A stretch of 64,000 nucleotides of DNA from Anaeramoeba ignava BMAN (Eukaryota > Protista > Anaeramoebae), in the NCBI GenBank assembly GCA_028826165.1, contig JAPDFW010000103.1:744001-808000 (forward strand), in the 5' to 3' direction. The position numbers were made by a program, and so were the translations under genes. This document shows positions 25,035 to 38,326 of the stretch, one piece after another; within the stretch, counting starts at the first letter, position 1; each line of letters begins with the position of its first letter. The notes under the pieces are model-generated. The model saw nothing but the letters and a program-made list of their open reading frames with translations, was not told the origin of the DNA and ran no database searches.

Positions 25035-26385
25035 TGAAAATAATTTTAATTAATTTTAATTTAATATTTTGTTTATATTTAATTATTTATAAATATTTTA
25101 TAATAAATATATAAATCAAAATAGATTTAATTTTGGATTTTTATTAATAAAAAACAAAAAGAAATTTATAATAAAAAAATAAAAATTTAGAATAATTTTA
25201 ATTAATTTTAATTTAATATTTTGTTTATATTTAAATATTTATAAATATTTTATAATTAATATATAAATCAAAATAGATTTAATTTTGGATTTTTGCTTAA
25301 TAAAAAACAAAAAGAAATTTAATATAAAAAAATAAAAATCTAGAATAATTTTAATTAATTTTAATTTAATATTTTGTTTATATTTAATTATTTATAAATG
25401 TTTTATAATTAATATATAAATCAAAATAGATTTAATTTTTGATTTTTATTTAATGAAAAACAAAAAGAAATTTATAATAAAAATAAAAATCTAGAATAAT
25501 TTTAATTAATTTTAATTTAATATTTTGTTTATATTTAATTATTTAGAAATATTTTATAATTAATATATTAATCAAAATAGATTTAATTTTTGATTTTTAT
25601 TAATAAAAACAAAAAGAAATTTATAATAAAAATAAAAATTTAGAATAATTTTAATTAATTTTAATTTAATATTTTATTTGTATTTAATTATTTAGAAATA
25701 TTTTATAATTAATGTATTAATCAAAATAGATTTAATTTTTGATTTTTATTAATGAAAAACAAAAAGAAATTTATAATAAAAAAAATAAAAATTTAGAATA
25801 ATTTTAATTAATTTTAATTTAATATTTTGTTTATATTTAATTATTTATAAATGTTTTATAATTAATATATTAATCAAAATAGATTTAATTTTTGGATTTT
25901 TACTTAATAAAAATTAATATAAAAAAATAAAAATTTAGAATAATTTTAATTAATTTTAATTCAATATTTTGTTTATATTTAATTATTTATAAATGTTTTA
26001 TAATTAATATATTAATCAAAATAGATTTAATTTTAGATTTTTATTTAATGAAAAACAAAAATAAATTTAATATAAAAAAAATAAAAATCTAGAATAATTT
26101 TAATTAATTTTAATTCAATATTTTGTTTATATTTAATTATTTATAAATGTTTTATAATTAATATATTAATCAAAATAGATTTAATTTTGGATTTTTATTA
26201 ATAAAAAACAAAAAGAAATTTAATATAAAAAATAAAAATTTAGAATAATTTTAATTAATTTTAATTTAATATTTTGTTTATATTTAATTATTTATAAATA
26301 TTTTATAATTAATATATTAATCAAAATAGATTTAATTTTGGATTTTTATTTAATGAAAACAAAAAGAAATTTATAAATTTTATTA
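25035..26385. repeat. AT-rich satellite, ~151 bp monomer, ~9 copies
   Basis: TCAAAATAGATTT landmark at 25116, 25268, 25421, 25572, 25721, 25874, 26016, 26170, 26321. Confidence 0.95.
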
Positions 26386-26391
26386 AATTTC

Positions 26392-26399
26392 TGACGTCA
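26392..26399. promoter_or_regulatory. Perfect CRE/ATF palindrome TGACGTCA upstream of DCN1
   Basis: Exact palindrome ~30 bp before the TCATTT elements and ~76 bp before the ATG, in very GC-poor DNA. Confidence 0.5.
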
Positions 26400-26474
26400 C
26401 ACTTTAAAAGGAAAATTTAAATTTTTTTTCATTTTCCATTTTTTATTTTTCATTTTTTTTTTAAATTAGATAAA

Positions 26475-27998
26475 ATGGTATTTTAATTGAAATTATTTTA
26501 AATAAAAAAAAACAAACAAACAACAATTTAATTTAGAAAAGAGATAAAAAAAGCGAAAAAAAAAAAAGAAAACTTTTCTCACTTTTATTTTAAAAAAAAA
26601 ATTTTTTTTTTAACAGGATTCTCTTTCAAGAAGACAAAAGAGTAAAGTTCGTAGAATGATAAGTGAAGCTCATGTTTCGTAAATAATTCTTTTATAAATG
26701 GAGATTTTGATTTTAATTTTAATTTTAATTTTAATTTTAAATTTAATTTTAATTTTAATTTTAATTTTAATTTTAATTTTAATTTTAATTTTGATTTTAA
26801 TTTTTAATTTTAATTTTAATTTGAATTTTAATTTTAATTTTATAAATGAATTTTAATTTTGATTTTAATTTTGATTTTAATTTTAATTTTATAAATGAAT
26901 TTTATAAATGAATTTGAATTTTAATTTTAATTTTAATTTTATAAATGAATTTTGATTTTAATTTTAATTTTAATTTTAATTTTAATTTTAATTTTGATTT
27001 TAATTTTAATTTAAATTTTGATTTTAATTGTATTTTATATTTTTTTAGTGAATCAGAAGCTATTCGCCTTCTTAAAGCAAATAATTGGAATCATGCAAAA
27101 GCATTACAAGAATCACAATCTTCAACAAGTTCAATTATTCCAAAACCACCAGTTACTCCACAATATAGTAAATTAGATGATTTATTCGATCAATACAAAA
27201 ACAAAGAAACTGGAAAAATTGATCCAATGGGAATTCAATCTTTTTTCCGAGATATTGATGTTGATATTATGGATATTTTATCTTTGATTGTTTGCTGGAA
27301 AATAAACGCAAGATCTCTTGCTGAAATCCCAAGAGATGTTTTTGTTCAAGGTTGGAAAAATTTAGGGTATTTTTATTTTGATTTTCATTTCAATTTGAAC
27401 TTTTAAATCAAATTTAAATATTTTTAAAAATTTTTTATATTTGTAGTTGTGATTCTATTGACTCTATGAAAAAACAAATGCCTGCATTTCGCAAGTCTAT
27501 TGAAAATGAACAAAATTTCGAAAAATTTTATCAATTTCTTTTTGATTTTGCAAAAGAAAATCCAGATTATCGATTTTTAAGTATGATATGATATGATATG
27601 ATTAATTTTTATTTAAATATAAAATTTGTTTTTATTTATTTCAATTTTGGGGAAAATAGAAGTACCAGAAGCATCAGCTTTATGGTCAGTAATTTTACAA
27701 TCTAGATTTGATTTATTAGATGATTGGCTTGAATTTCTTGAGGTAAAATGAATAATAAAATAATTTTGAAATTACATGAAATGCAAAAAAAAAATTCAAA
27801 TTTTTTTAATTTTACATGAAATGAAATGAAATGAAATAGAAAAATCCAAAATTAACAATTACAAAAGATGCTTGGAATCTCCTTCTTGATTTCTCAAAAA
27901 CAGTTAGTAAGGATCTTTCTAATTATGATGAAACAGCAGCTTGGCCTTCAATAATTGATGATTTTGTTGAATATGTTCAAGAAAAACAAAAAAAATAA
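26475..27998 (+). CDS. DCN1: DCN1-like cullin neddylation E3 (UBA + PONY); exons 26475-26477, 26617-26678, 27049-27366, 27447-27580, 27660-27742, 27840-27998
   Basis: Spliced product M|DSLSRRQKSKVRRM...EAIRLLKANNWN...LDDLFDQYK...FEKFYQFLFDFAK...ITKDAWNLLLDF...NYDETAAWPSIIDDFVEY; all introns GT-AG and in phase. Confidence 0.93.
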
Positions 27999-28260
27999 AT
28001 AAAGATTCAAGAAAAAAAAACCAAACAAAAAAGAAAATTAAAAATTAATAATTAATAATTAATAATTAAAAATTAAGGAATAGATGTCATTCTTTTTTTT
28101 TTTTTTTTGGAATTTTTGAATTTTTGATTCAATCAAGAAATAAAAAAAAAAAACTTTTTTTTTTCCATTTTTTTTTTTTTCATTTTTTCATTTTGTTTTT
28201 GTGAATTTTTTTAAAATTAAAAATATAATAAAAATATAATAAAAATAATTTTAAAAAGAA

Positions 28261-31200
28261 ATGGAAGATAAATTTCAATCTCAATTAATGGTCATTTCAT
28301 TTGGAGAACTTTTAAGTAAAAAAAAATTATAAAAAAAAAATTAAATAAAAAAAAAATTAAATAAAAAAAATTTAAATAAAAAATTTAATAAAAAAAGAAA
28401 TTGCAGTACAAAAATCATATTCCAATTTACGGAACTTACAACAAAAAATGCAGAACATGCGAGTTGGAGAACGAAAGAAACAATTAACGCAATATTTAAG
28501 CAAAACGCGAATGATTTTCCTTGAAATTTTAATAATCGAAAGATGGTCGAAATCGTCTGTAGGAAAAATTGAAGAGGTAATTCGGATCCTACGAGACCTT
28601 GAGAGCTTTGCCGCTGTACCTAATCATTTATACGGGATTCCACGGGGATTGGTTCCTCGACTAAAGCAACCAAAATATCAAGTGGTTGATGCAATAAATG
28701 TGCTGAAAGGAGGGAATTCTGAAACATGTCCAACTTCTTTGCGATGTTTTGTGCCGATTAAGATCACAAAAGAAGAGATTGAGATTGGTGAAAGTTTCCT
28801 GGAGAATGTGCTCGGATCTTTCCAGAAGGACGCGTTGGGGTTTAATGTTCTGGAGCGGCGAGGAAACCGACTTGTCGCGATGATGAATGATGAGTTTGAA
28901 GTGACACTTGAAATTATGGTTATGCAATCAGCAGTAAAAAAGACGACGACATGCGATCCGTGTGGGAAATCGGGTGTCTTGGATTGTGGGGAGAACAAAC
29001 ATACGGAGATGCAACGAATGAGATTTGCATGGCGGTTAACGAAGATTGAATTTTTTGTGGAGAAAAATTTGACAGCTAGCGAAAAATTGAAAAATTTAAT
29101 TAGAATTTTAAATAAGCACATTTTGCAAGCACAAACAACAAATAAATACTGGGATGGGAAGGTGCATAGAGGGGGGAAGCAGACACGGAAAGAGCAAGAG
29201 GGAGACGAGAGCGAACAGACAGTAGCGAGATATTTCTGGAAAGAGGAGATTTTGAAGCAAAACGGACGGCAAATACTGGTGTACTTGCATGACATTTGCA
29301 GGTCGTGTTGTCTGCGTATCCAGTTGGAGCTTTTGGCGGAACATGCAAAAGCTCTTCACACAATCTCGGGCATTAATTATGAGGTGTTCCGAACGTCAGA
29401 TTCACTGGCAGTTCGCTACTGGAGAGGATACTACATACGGTACCAGATTGTTGAGCATGCAATGCACATCTCCCATTTTCCAGTCATAAAAATCGATCTC
29501 AAAAGCGGATCTTCTCGCGAGATCTTTGCGCACAATCTTGTTAGTTGTGTACAGTTTTTCAGGAAGAAAAAAATACATTCTTTATTTAGATCAATTACAA
29601 ATGCCGGGATTTTCTCGACAGGTTTTTCATTAACAATCGTTTCCAAAAATGAAAACGAAAACGTCTGTGAAAAATCACTTTCCCAGATATGCACACTTGT
29701 TGCAGACGCGCCTCGTCTGGAACTGCGCAGTACAGAGCTGCAAATTGGAGTTGACGTGAGTGTTGATTATAAAAAAGGAAATTTTGTAGTTTCTTCAAAG
29801 CATTCCTCGCCAACCCCTGTGTTCACACGCTCAGTCGACACTGAGATGCCGCGTGCTCTGGCGATTGTTGTCGAGCTTCTTCAAGAGGAGATTCTCGTTC
29901 GGTTCGATCGCGGGTTTCGCGGTCTTGGATTGGAACCGTTTAGATCGATTCCGATCACGAGTAAAACAAAAAATATAATTCCTGAAAAAGTGGCGTGTTT
30001 ATTTCTTCGTTTTCCCAACACCCGCGAGCATTTTCTACTTTTGACAATCGACGCCCATCTTTCTCCCAGCATCCATCTTGTTGCTGCGACGGAGAATCCC
30101 AGTTCCGTGTTCGAACTCAGACAACTCAAACCTATTCTTGCCTCGCCGGTTGTTGCCCTAAACAATCAGATTTTCAAAAAGGTCGGAGATATGTTCCCTA
30201 AACTCTGCGCGTCTGTCCAGCATCTTGTCATCGACAGAGAGCTCACTAGAAATAACATCTCCCATCTTCTTCTTCCAGACGCGAAAATAAACCTCAAACC
30301 CTCCGATGTTGTCAGGCATTTGGGTATCGCACAGCTTAATGTAAACCTCACAAATGCAGTCGTCCAGATCATCGGTGCACAGTCTCTCGAAATTGTCATG
30401 TGTCTGAGAGATGAGTGGGCTAGAAGACTTCTTGCTTTAAATCTCCCAAATATTTGCTACGCTTCAGATTCTCCAGGAGAACAGAGCGATACAGCTTACA
30501 CACAAATCTCAACTGATTCCCCACAAAATCAACCTCTTGAAGTCGATCTTGACCCTTCACAAAAAGATCCCCCTTTTTTTCCCGAAACCCCTTCTAAAAC
30601 CCCTTCTCTTAAAAAGGATAAAAAAAAGAAAAAAAAAAGAAAAATTCCTGATAATATTATTGAACAAGACCCAAATAGTACAATTTTCACTAGTTCAACT
30701 GCCAAAATTCGCAATTCGAAAATTTCCATCACTTTCCGAAGAATGACCCATTTATGTATTTTCCAGAATTTCAAAGATCTCCAAGAAATCTTCCGCATCA
30801 CGCATTTATACTCCCAAATTTTGAACCACTCACTTTCACGGCGTCTTCTTGTGTTGTTGTTGAAGGGAACAACAATATCTATTCGGCGACAACAGAACCT
30901 CGATCCGCGCCATCCGTTGCACATGACAATCAAATGGAGCACGACATCCAACGAGTACCGGATTGCAATGGATCCGTTTTTCGCGATGCAGTACCAGATC
31001 CAGGACATGCTCAACGCGCACTCAGACAACTTCCCTTCGGTTGTACAAGCGCTGTTGACAAGCTACGACACCTGCCGTTATATGTGCAACTTTGCTTCAT
31101 TTCGCAAAATTGGAACGGTTCTTGTTCCCCGTTCAATTTCCATGGCAAAACTTGTCTTCCGCAACAGGCTGTCTTTGGAAATACACTTTATCCGCGAGAG

Positions 31201-32035
31201 TTTGATCGGGATAGAAGACTGCTCCGAACAGCTTCTGCGATTCCCGATGCTTCTGAAGAAAATCAGCGCAAATTTGAAATCCGCAAACAAGGAAATCTAC
31301 AATGAATTTAAGTCCTACACATCTTTTGCGGTGATTCCCATCGAACTTCTCGAGACAACCATGTTTCTTCTTTATAAATACCTCGGCGGAATGCTGATTT
31401 TCCAGGAGCTCAAACACCATCTTGTCGGCCATCACGAGAATGATGTGTCGATTAGAGCGGATCTTCAAAATCACCAAGTTATGATCACATTTACAGAGAA
31501 CTTTGATGTTGCCCTTCAATTCACCTCAGGCAACCAATTTCTTTCCAAACACGATCTCACCACGCTTTCCACATACTTCGAAACACATCTTGCGGGCGAG
31601 CCTTACGATGCAGAGAAGCCCAAAAGCTTTCTTGAATTCCTCAGAAAAACTCCCATTGATCTTCTCAAAGAGTTTGTTTGGCTTTTTTCAAGGGTTTCCA
31701 AAGACAACTCCACAATCATCGATCTCGAGTTTAAGCCGCCAGTCAATCGCTGTGCGGTGTACCACGAGAACAACCTCTTGTCGTTCTCCTTTTCCTGTCT
31801 TTGGACAATTGATTCTAAAAAATATCAACTTTCAATTCCTGTTGAATATTCTTATCAGCAAAACAAAATCAAAATGCTTATTGAAGACCCTCAAGTTTAT
31901 CATGCTGTTTTTAATGGTATCAATCAAAATCAACCCAGAAAGGATTGGAATCAATCTGTTTTTTATCAAGTTGTTAATAATTTGGATAAGCTTTCTCCTG
32001 AAAATGTTCTTCGTTTGGTTCCTAAACATCAATAA
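28261..32035 (+). CDS. MED14: Mediator subunit 14 (Rgr1); exons 28261-28315, 28398-32035
   Basis: SYSNLRNLQQKM...ERKKQLTQYLSKTRMIFLEILIIERWS and PKYQVVDAINVLKGG match the Med14 N-terminal domain; ~1230 aa. Confidence 0.8.
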
Positions 32036-32109
32036 TTGATATTTTATTTTATTTTATTTTATTTTATTTTTTTTTTTTTTTTTTTGATTATAAAATATTT
32101 TTAAAATAA

Positions 32110-33125
32110 AAATTTAAATCCATTTTTAAATCCATTTTTAAATCCATTATTTAAATCAATTAAATCAATTATTTAAATCAATTTAATCAATTTAATCAAT
32201 TATTTAAATCAATTAAATCAATTTAATCAATTTAATCAATTTAATTAATTTAATCAATTATTTAAATCCATTTTTAAATCCATTTTTAAATCTATTTTTA
32301 AATCAAATCAATTATTTAATTTAATCAATTTAATCAATTTAATCAATTTAATCAATTTAATCAATTTAATCAATTATTTAAATCAATTAAATCAATTTAA
32401 TCAATTTAATCAATTTAATCAATTTAATCAATTTAATCAATTATTTAAATCCATTTTTAAATCCATTTTTAAATCCATTTTTAAATCCATTTTTAAATCC
32501 ATTTTTAATTTAATCAATTTAATCAATTTAATCAATTTAATCAATTTAATCAATTTAATCAATTATTTAAATAAATTTAATCAATTTAATCAATTTAATC
32601 AATTTAATCAATTATTTAAATCCATTAAATCAATTTAATCAATTTAATCAATTATTTTAATCAATTATTTAAATCAATTTAATCAATTTAATCAATTTAA
32701 TCAATTATTTTAATCAATTTAATCAATTTAATCAATTATTTAAATCAAATTAATCAATTATTTAATCAATTTAATCAATTTAATCAAATTAATCAATTTA
32801 ATCAATTTAATCAATTATTTAAATCTATTTTTAAATCAATTTAATCAATTATTTAATCAATTTAATCAATTATTTAAATCAATTAAATCAATTATTTAAT
32901 CAATTTAATCAATTATTTAAATCAATTAAATCAATTATTTAAATCAAATTAATCAATTTAAATCAATTTAATCAATTATTTAAATCAAATTAATCAATTT
33001 AATCAAATTAATCAAATATTTAATTAAATTAATCAATTATTTAAATCAAATTAATCAAATATTTAATTAAATTAATCAATTATTTAAATCAATTTAATCA
33101 ATTTAATCAATTTAATCAATTAAAT
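32110..33125. repeat. Compound minisatellite of AATCAATTT (9 bp), AATCCATTTTTA and AATCAATTATTTA units
   Basis: Direct reading. Confidence 0.9.
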
Positions 33126-33223
33126 AATTTTCCTAATTTTGATTAAAAAATCGGAAAAATTTTTTTCATTTTTTTCTTTTCTTTTTCTTTTTTTTTTTCA
33201 ATAAAATTACAACAAAATAAAAA

Positions 33224-35721
33224 ATGCAAGATTTTTATCAACAAGTAGTAAATTTTATAATCCGACCACCAAAGATGAAGTATCAAGAAGAAGATCTACC
33301 AATAGGAGAATTTGAGGTACAAAAAACAAAAGCACGAAGGGAGAGAATTGAGCTAAAAAACAAACGAGGGTTATTACTTGAGTGTAGTTATTATCGACCA
33401 ATAAATGAAGAAAATAAAAACAAGAAAATTCCTTGTGTGATTTATTGTCATGGCAATTGTGGAAACCAACTCGATGCCATGAACTCTATGGAGCTGCTTA
33501 TACCCATGGGCTTTGCTTTGTTTGCTTTCGATTTTTCTGGTTGCGGTCTGTCACAAGGTGAATATATCTCTTTAGGTTTTCATGAAATTGATGACATTCA
33601 ATCGGCCGTTAATTTTTTGAGATTGGATTCTTCTAATGTTTCTACTATCGCTATTTGGGGTAGAAGTATGGGTGCAGTTTCTGCTTTACTTTATTCTGTT
33701 AATGATCCTTCTATTGCTGCGTATTTTATCTTTTTTCTTTTTCAATTAAAAATTTTTTCATGATTTAAATTGAATATTTAAATTGAATATTTAAATTGAT
33801 ATTTAAATTGATTTGATTTAAATTGATATTTAAATTGAATATTTAAATTGATTATTTAAATTGATTATTTAAATTGATTATTTAAATTGAATATTTAAAT
33901 TGATTTAAATTGAATATTTAAATTGATTAATTGATTTGATTTGATTTGATTTAAATCAAATATTTAAATTGATTTAATTTATTAAATTGAATATTTAAAT
34001 TGATTATTTAAATTGATTATTTGATTTGATTTGATTTGATATTTGATTTGATATTTAAATTGATATTTGATTTGAATTGATTTAATTTATTAAATTGAAT
34101 ATTTAAATTGATATTTGATTTGATTTGATTTAAATTGATTTAATTTGATTTGATTTGATTTTGTTTAGGTTGGTTTTGGATAGTCCTTTTTCTGATTTAA
34201 ATACTCTTATTGATGAAATAATACAAAATCTTCAAATAAAAATTCCAAAATTTCTTATAAAAGCAGCAATGAAATTTGTGAAAAATACTATTAAAAAAAA
34301 AGCACATTTTGAAATTAAGTAAAAAAATCAATTAATTTAAAAAAAGTGGAACAAATTATTTAATATAATTATTTAATATAATTATTTAATATAATTATTT
34401 AATATAATTATTTAATATAATTATTTAATATAATTATTTAATATAATTATTTAATACAATTATTTAATATAATTATTTAATATAATTATTAAATTCAAAA
34501 ATATAAAGAAATGTATCACCAATTCAAAAAATTTCATCATGCTTTTGTCCAGCTCTTTTTGCATATGGAAAAGATGATACTTTTGTATCACCAAAACACA
34601 GTAAAAAATTATATGAAAAATATCCAGGAGATAAAAATATAATAGAATTAGAAGGAGATCATAATTCAATGCGTCCAGGCTTCTTTTATGATTCAAGTTC
34701 AATTTTCTTTTATTCATATCTTCAACCAAAAAGTTTATTTCCAAATGAATTACCTTCAGGTTTTGAACCAAAACAATATGATTCTCAAAATGATAATGAC
34801 CAATTAGCAGATTTTATGAGTAAAATTGAAAATCAAGATGTTAATCTTTCAGAACCTGATGATAATGGATTTAGAGAAATTATTTTTCAAAAGAAATCTT
34901 ATGATCATGATGATTTTTTTCCTATTGAATCTAGAATAGATTTTTCACTATTTGAAGATTTAGATATTTTTAGTTCAAATGAAAAATCAAATCAAAATTT
35001 AAATTCAAATCAAAATTTAATTTCAAATTCAAATGAAAAATTAAATGAAAAATTAAAATCAAATCAAAATTTAAATTCAAATCAAAATTTAAACCAAAAT
35101 TCAAATCAAAAATCAAATGAAAAATTAAATTCAAATGAAAAATTAAATTCAAATGAAAAATTAAATTCAAATGAAAAATTAAATTCAAATTCAAATTCAA
35201 ATTTAAATTCAAATGAAAAATTAATTTCAAATTCAAATGAAAAATTAATTCTAAATGAAAAATTAATTTCAAATGAAAATCAAAATTCAAATTTAAATCA
35301 AAATTCAAATTCAAATTCAAATGAAAAATTAATTTCAAATTCAAATTCAAATGAAAATGAAAATAAAAATGAAAATTCAAATGAAAATTCAAATTCAAAT
35401 TCAAATTCAAATCCAAATTCAAATGAAAATGAAAATGAAAATGAAAATGAAAATTCAAATGAAAATTCAAATGGAAATGGAAATGGAAATTTAAACAATA
35501 TACTAAAACCAAAAAAACAAACAAGAATCAAAAATATGAAAAAAATTAGACTTCCAATTAAAAAAATTAATAAAAAAGATGATGAAAATTTAGAAGATGA
35601 ATTTGAAGAAATTGATTTAACTGGAAGAAGTTATTATCATAGTGTTGAAGGTTACAATCCAAATAATTTATCAGAAAAACAACTCATTGACTTAGCAATA
35701 CAAGAATCACTTAAAAAATAA
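33224..35721 (+). CDS. Alpha/beta-hydrolase (ABHD/YqkD-like) with C-terminal ubiquitin-interacting motif; exons 33224-33720, 34169-34318, 34509-35721
   Basis: HGNCG oxyanion loop, GRSMG nucleophile elbow, LVLDSPF, GKDD, GDHN; terminal SEKQLIDLAIQESLK is UIM-like. Confidence 0.88.
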
Positions 35722-35828
35722 TTCAAAATTAATAAAAGAATTTGTTTTAATTTTTAATTTTTAATTTTTAATTTTTTTAACAATTTGTTTTTTTTTCATT
35801 TATAAAAAAAGAAAAGAAAAGATTTTTC

Positions 35829-38194
35829 TTATCGAATTTCTTGAAAAGCTTCATCTTCAGTATTATTCCATTCATGAACTAAATCTAAAGGAATCCATTC
35901 AGCAGTTGGAATTGATTCAATTTCAATTTGATATGAATTTGTTAATTCAGAATATTTTTCTTCAATTTTCTTTTTTGCTTTTAAACTTCCTGAAAATCCT
36001 TTTTGTGTTTCTGTTAATTGAAAATGAAATGATTTCAATTCCTTTTCCGTTACAAAATCCCGAAAAGAAAAATCTTTTGGTGGAATTTTTGTACAAAATT
36101 TCTCTTTCCAATTAGCACAACATCCTTTATCAAAAGGATTATTTTCAATTCCTGCTCCTTTATACTAAAAACAAAAAAAAAATTTTTTTTGGAATTAGGG
36201 AAATTTTATTTTTTTGCCTGTTCAAATAAATTTTCTTTTTCTTTTCTAAACTTACAAATTCTCGAGTTGTTAAATTTCGAGAAATTAATTTAATATGTAA
36301 TTTTATAAGACGGGAAACAACAATTACAAATAATGCTGCAATAAAAAAAATGAAAACACTTTTTTTCATATTGTTATTTTTGTTTTTGTTTTTTTGATTA
36401 GTTATTTTTTAAAAGTAAAATTTTTTCTTTTTTGGAATTTTGTATTTTGTTAATTACGATCCTAAAATTGTTAAAACATGTGATTTTATTGTTGATTTTT
36501 TAACTTGAATAATTTCTACAATAACAAGAACAGAAGCAATCATCAAAAAAATTCCATTTAAAAAAAAAGAAATGAGAAAGGAAAAAAAGAATCTATAATT
36601 TCTAATTCCAATATCAGTTCCTAACCAATCACCTTAATAAAAAGAGTTTAAATTTTGTTTAAAAAATGTTTAAAATTTTCCCTAAAAATAAAAAATTTTT
36701 TTTTTTCTTCTTTTTTCTTTTTTACAATGATGATCAAGAGCCATTTCTAATTTTAATTTTGATTTTGATTTTGATTTAATGATTAATTTTAATTTTAATT
36801 TTTATTTTTGATTTTGATTTTGATTTTGATTTTGATTTTGATTTTGATTTTGATTTTGATTTTTATTTTGATTTTGATTTTAATTTTGATTTTGATTTTG
36901 ATTTTGATTTTGATTTTGATTTTGATTTTAATTTTAATTTTAATTTTGATTTTGATTTTGATTTTGATTTTTGATTTTGATTTTAATTTTGATTTTGATT
37001 TTGATTTTAATTTTGATTTTGATTTTGATTTTGATTTTAATTTTGATTTTGATTTTAATTTTGATTTTAATTTTGATTTTAATTTTGATTTTGATTTTGA
37101 TTTTAATTTTGATTTTTAATTTTAATTTTGATTTTAATTTTGATTTTAATTTTGATTTTGATTTTTAATTTTGATTTTGAATTTTTGATTTTAATTTTGA
37201 TTTTGATTTTAATTTTGATTTTGATTTTGATTTTGATTTTGATTTTAATTTTGATTTTGATTTTTATTTTGATTTTGATTTTGATTTTAATTTTGATTTT
37301 GAAATTTTGATTTTGATTTTGATTTTGATTTTTATTTTGATATTGATTTTGATTTTGATTTTGATTTTGATTTTTAATTTTGATTTTAATTTTAATTTTG
37401 ATTTTGATTTTGATTTTGATTTTGATTTTGAATTTTAATTTTGATTTTGATTTTGATTTTGATTTTGATTTTGATTTTGATTTTGATTTTGATTTTGATT
37501 TTGATTTTGATTTTTAATTTTGATTTGAATTTGATTTTGATTTTTATTTTGATTTTTATTTTGATTTTTATTTTGATTTAGATTTTAAATTTGAATTTTG
37601 ATTTTGATTTTGATTTAGATTTTGATTTGAATTTTGATTTTGATTTTAATTTTAATTTTAATTTTGATTTTGATTTTGATTTTGATTTAATAAAAATTTA
37701 CCACAAAAAGGAAGTTTTAAACAAGTCATCTCATTTAAATAAAAATCTTTTTCAATTTCTTCACCATGAGCTTTAAAAAACTAAAAAAAATAGAAAATGA
37801 AAATTTAAATAAAATGAAAAGAAAAGAAAAGAAAAATAATCAGTAAAATTTTTACAGTTGTTGATTCAAAAGGATTTCTTCTAATTCTACCAGGATCCAT
37901 TAAAGAAGTTGTAAAAAGAGTAATATTTGTTAAAATCCAAAAAAAAACTGTAACGAAAATTAACCAATTTCTTTTTGAAGAAGAAAAACTCAAGCCAAAA
38001 ATAAGTATATTAATAAATAGAATAATTGGAATATTATAAAAAACAGTTGTAATAATTAATTTTTTTGGACTAGATCCTGTAGAAAATAATCCAGAACAAC
38101 AAAAATAATTGTTTCCTGGATTAACTTGATAAAATCTAGTTTTAGTTTTAATAAATCCTATGTCTCTTTCAACTGAACTATAAATTTTATTCAT
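35829..38194 (-). CDS. DHHC palmitoyl acyltransferase (Erf2/ZDHHC9-like) lacking most of the cysteine-rich domain; exons 38194-37856, 37780-37702, 36746-36726, 36632-36458, 36358-36256, 36164-35829
   Basis: PGNNYFCCSG, TM helices, DPG, LPFC|EMALDHH|CDWLGTDIGIRNYRFF, NLTTREF, NPFDKG; all introns GT-AG and in phase. Confidence 0.85.
36750..37690. repeat. (TTTTGA)n tract, reading (AATCAA)n on the sense strand, filling DHHC intron 2
   Basis: Direct reading. Confidence 0.92.
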
Positions 38195-38326
38195 TTTAAT
38201 TTGATTTTTTATTTTGATTGAGAAAAATTTGAAAAGAAAAAAAAATGAAAAAAATTTTTTTAATAAAAACAGATTTAAAAAATAAATCATAAATAAATAA
38301 TTTAAAAAACAATAATAAATTTCAAA

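Noticed and set aside
28448-32035. High-GC MED14 region as lateral transfer, intein or insertion
   Set aside because: Core eukaryotic gene; GC rises towards the centre of all long exons here; no intein (C...HN-C/S/T) or LAGLIDADG motifs noticed.
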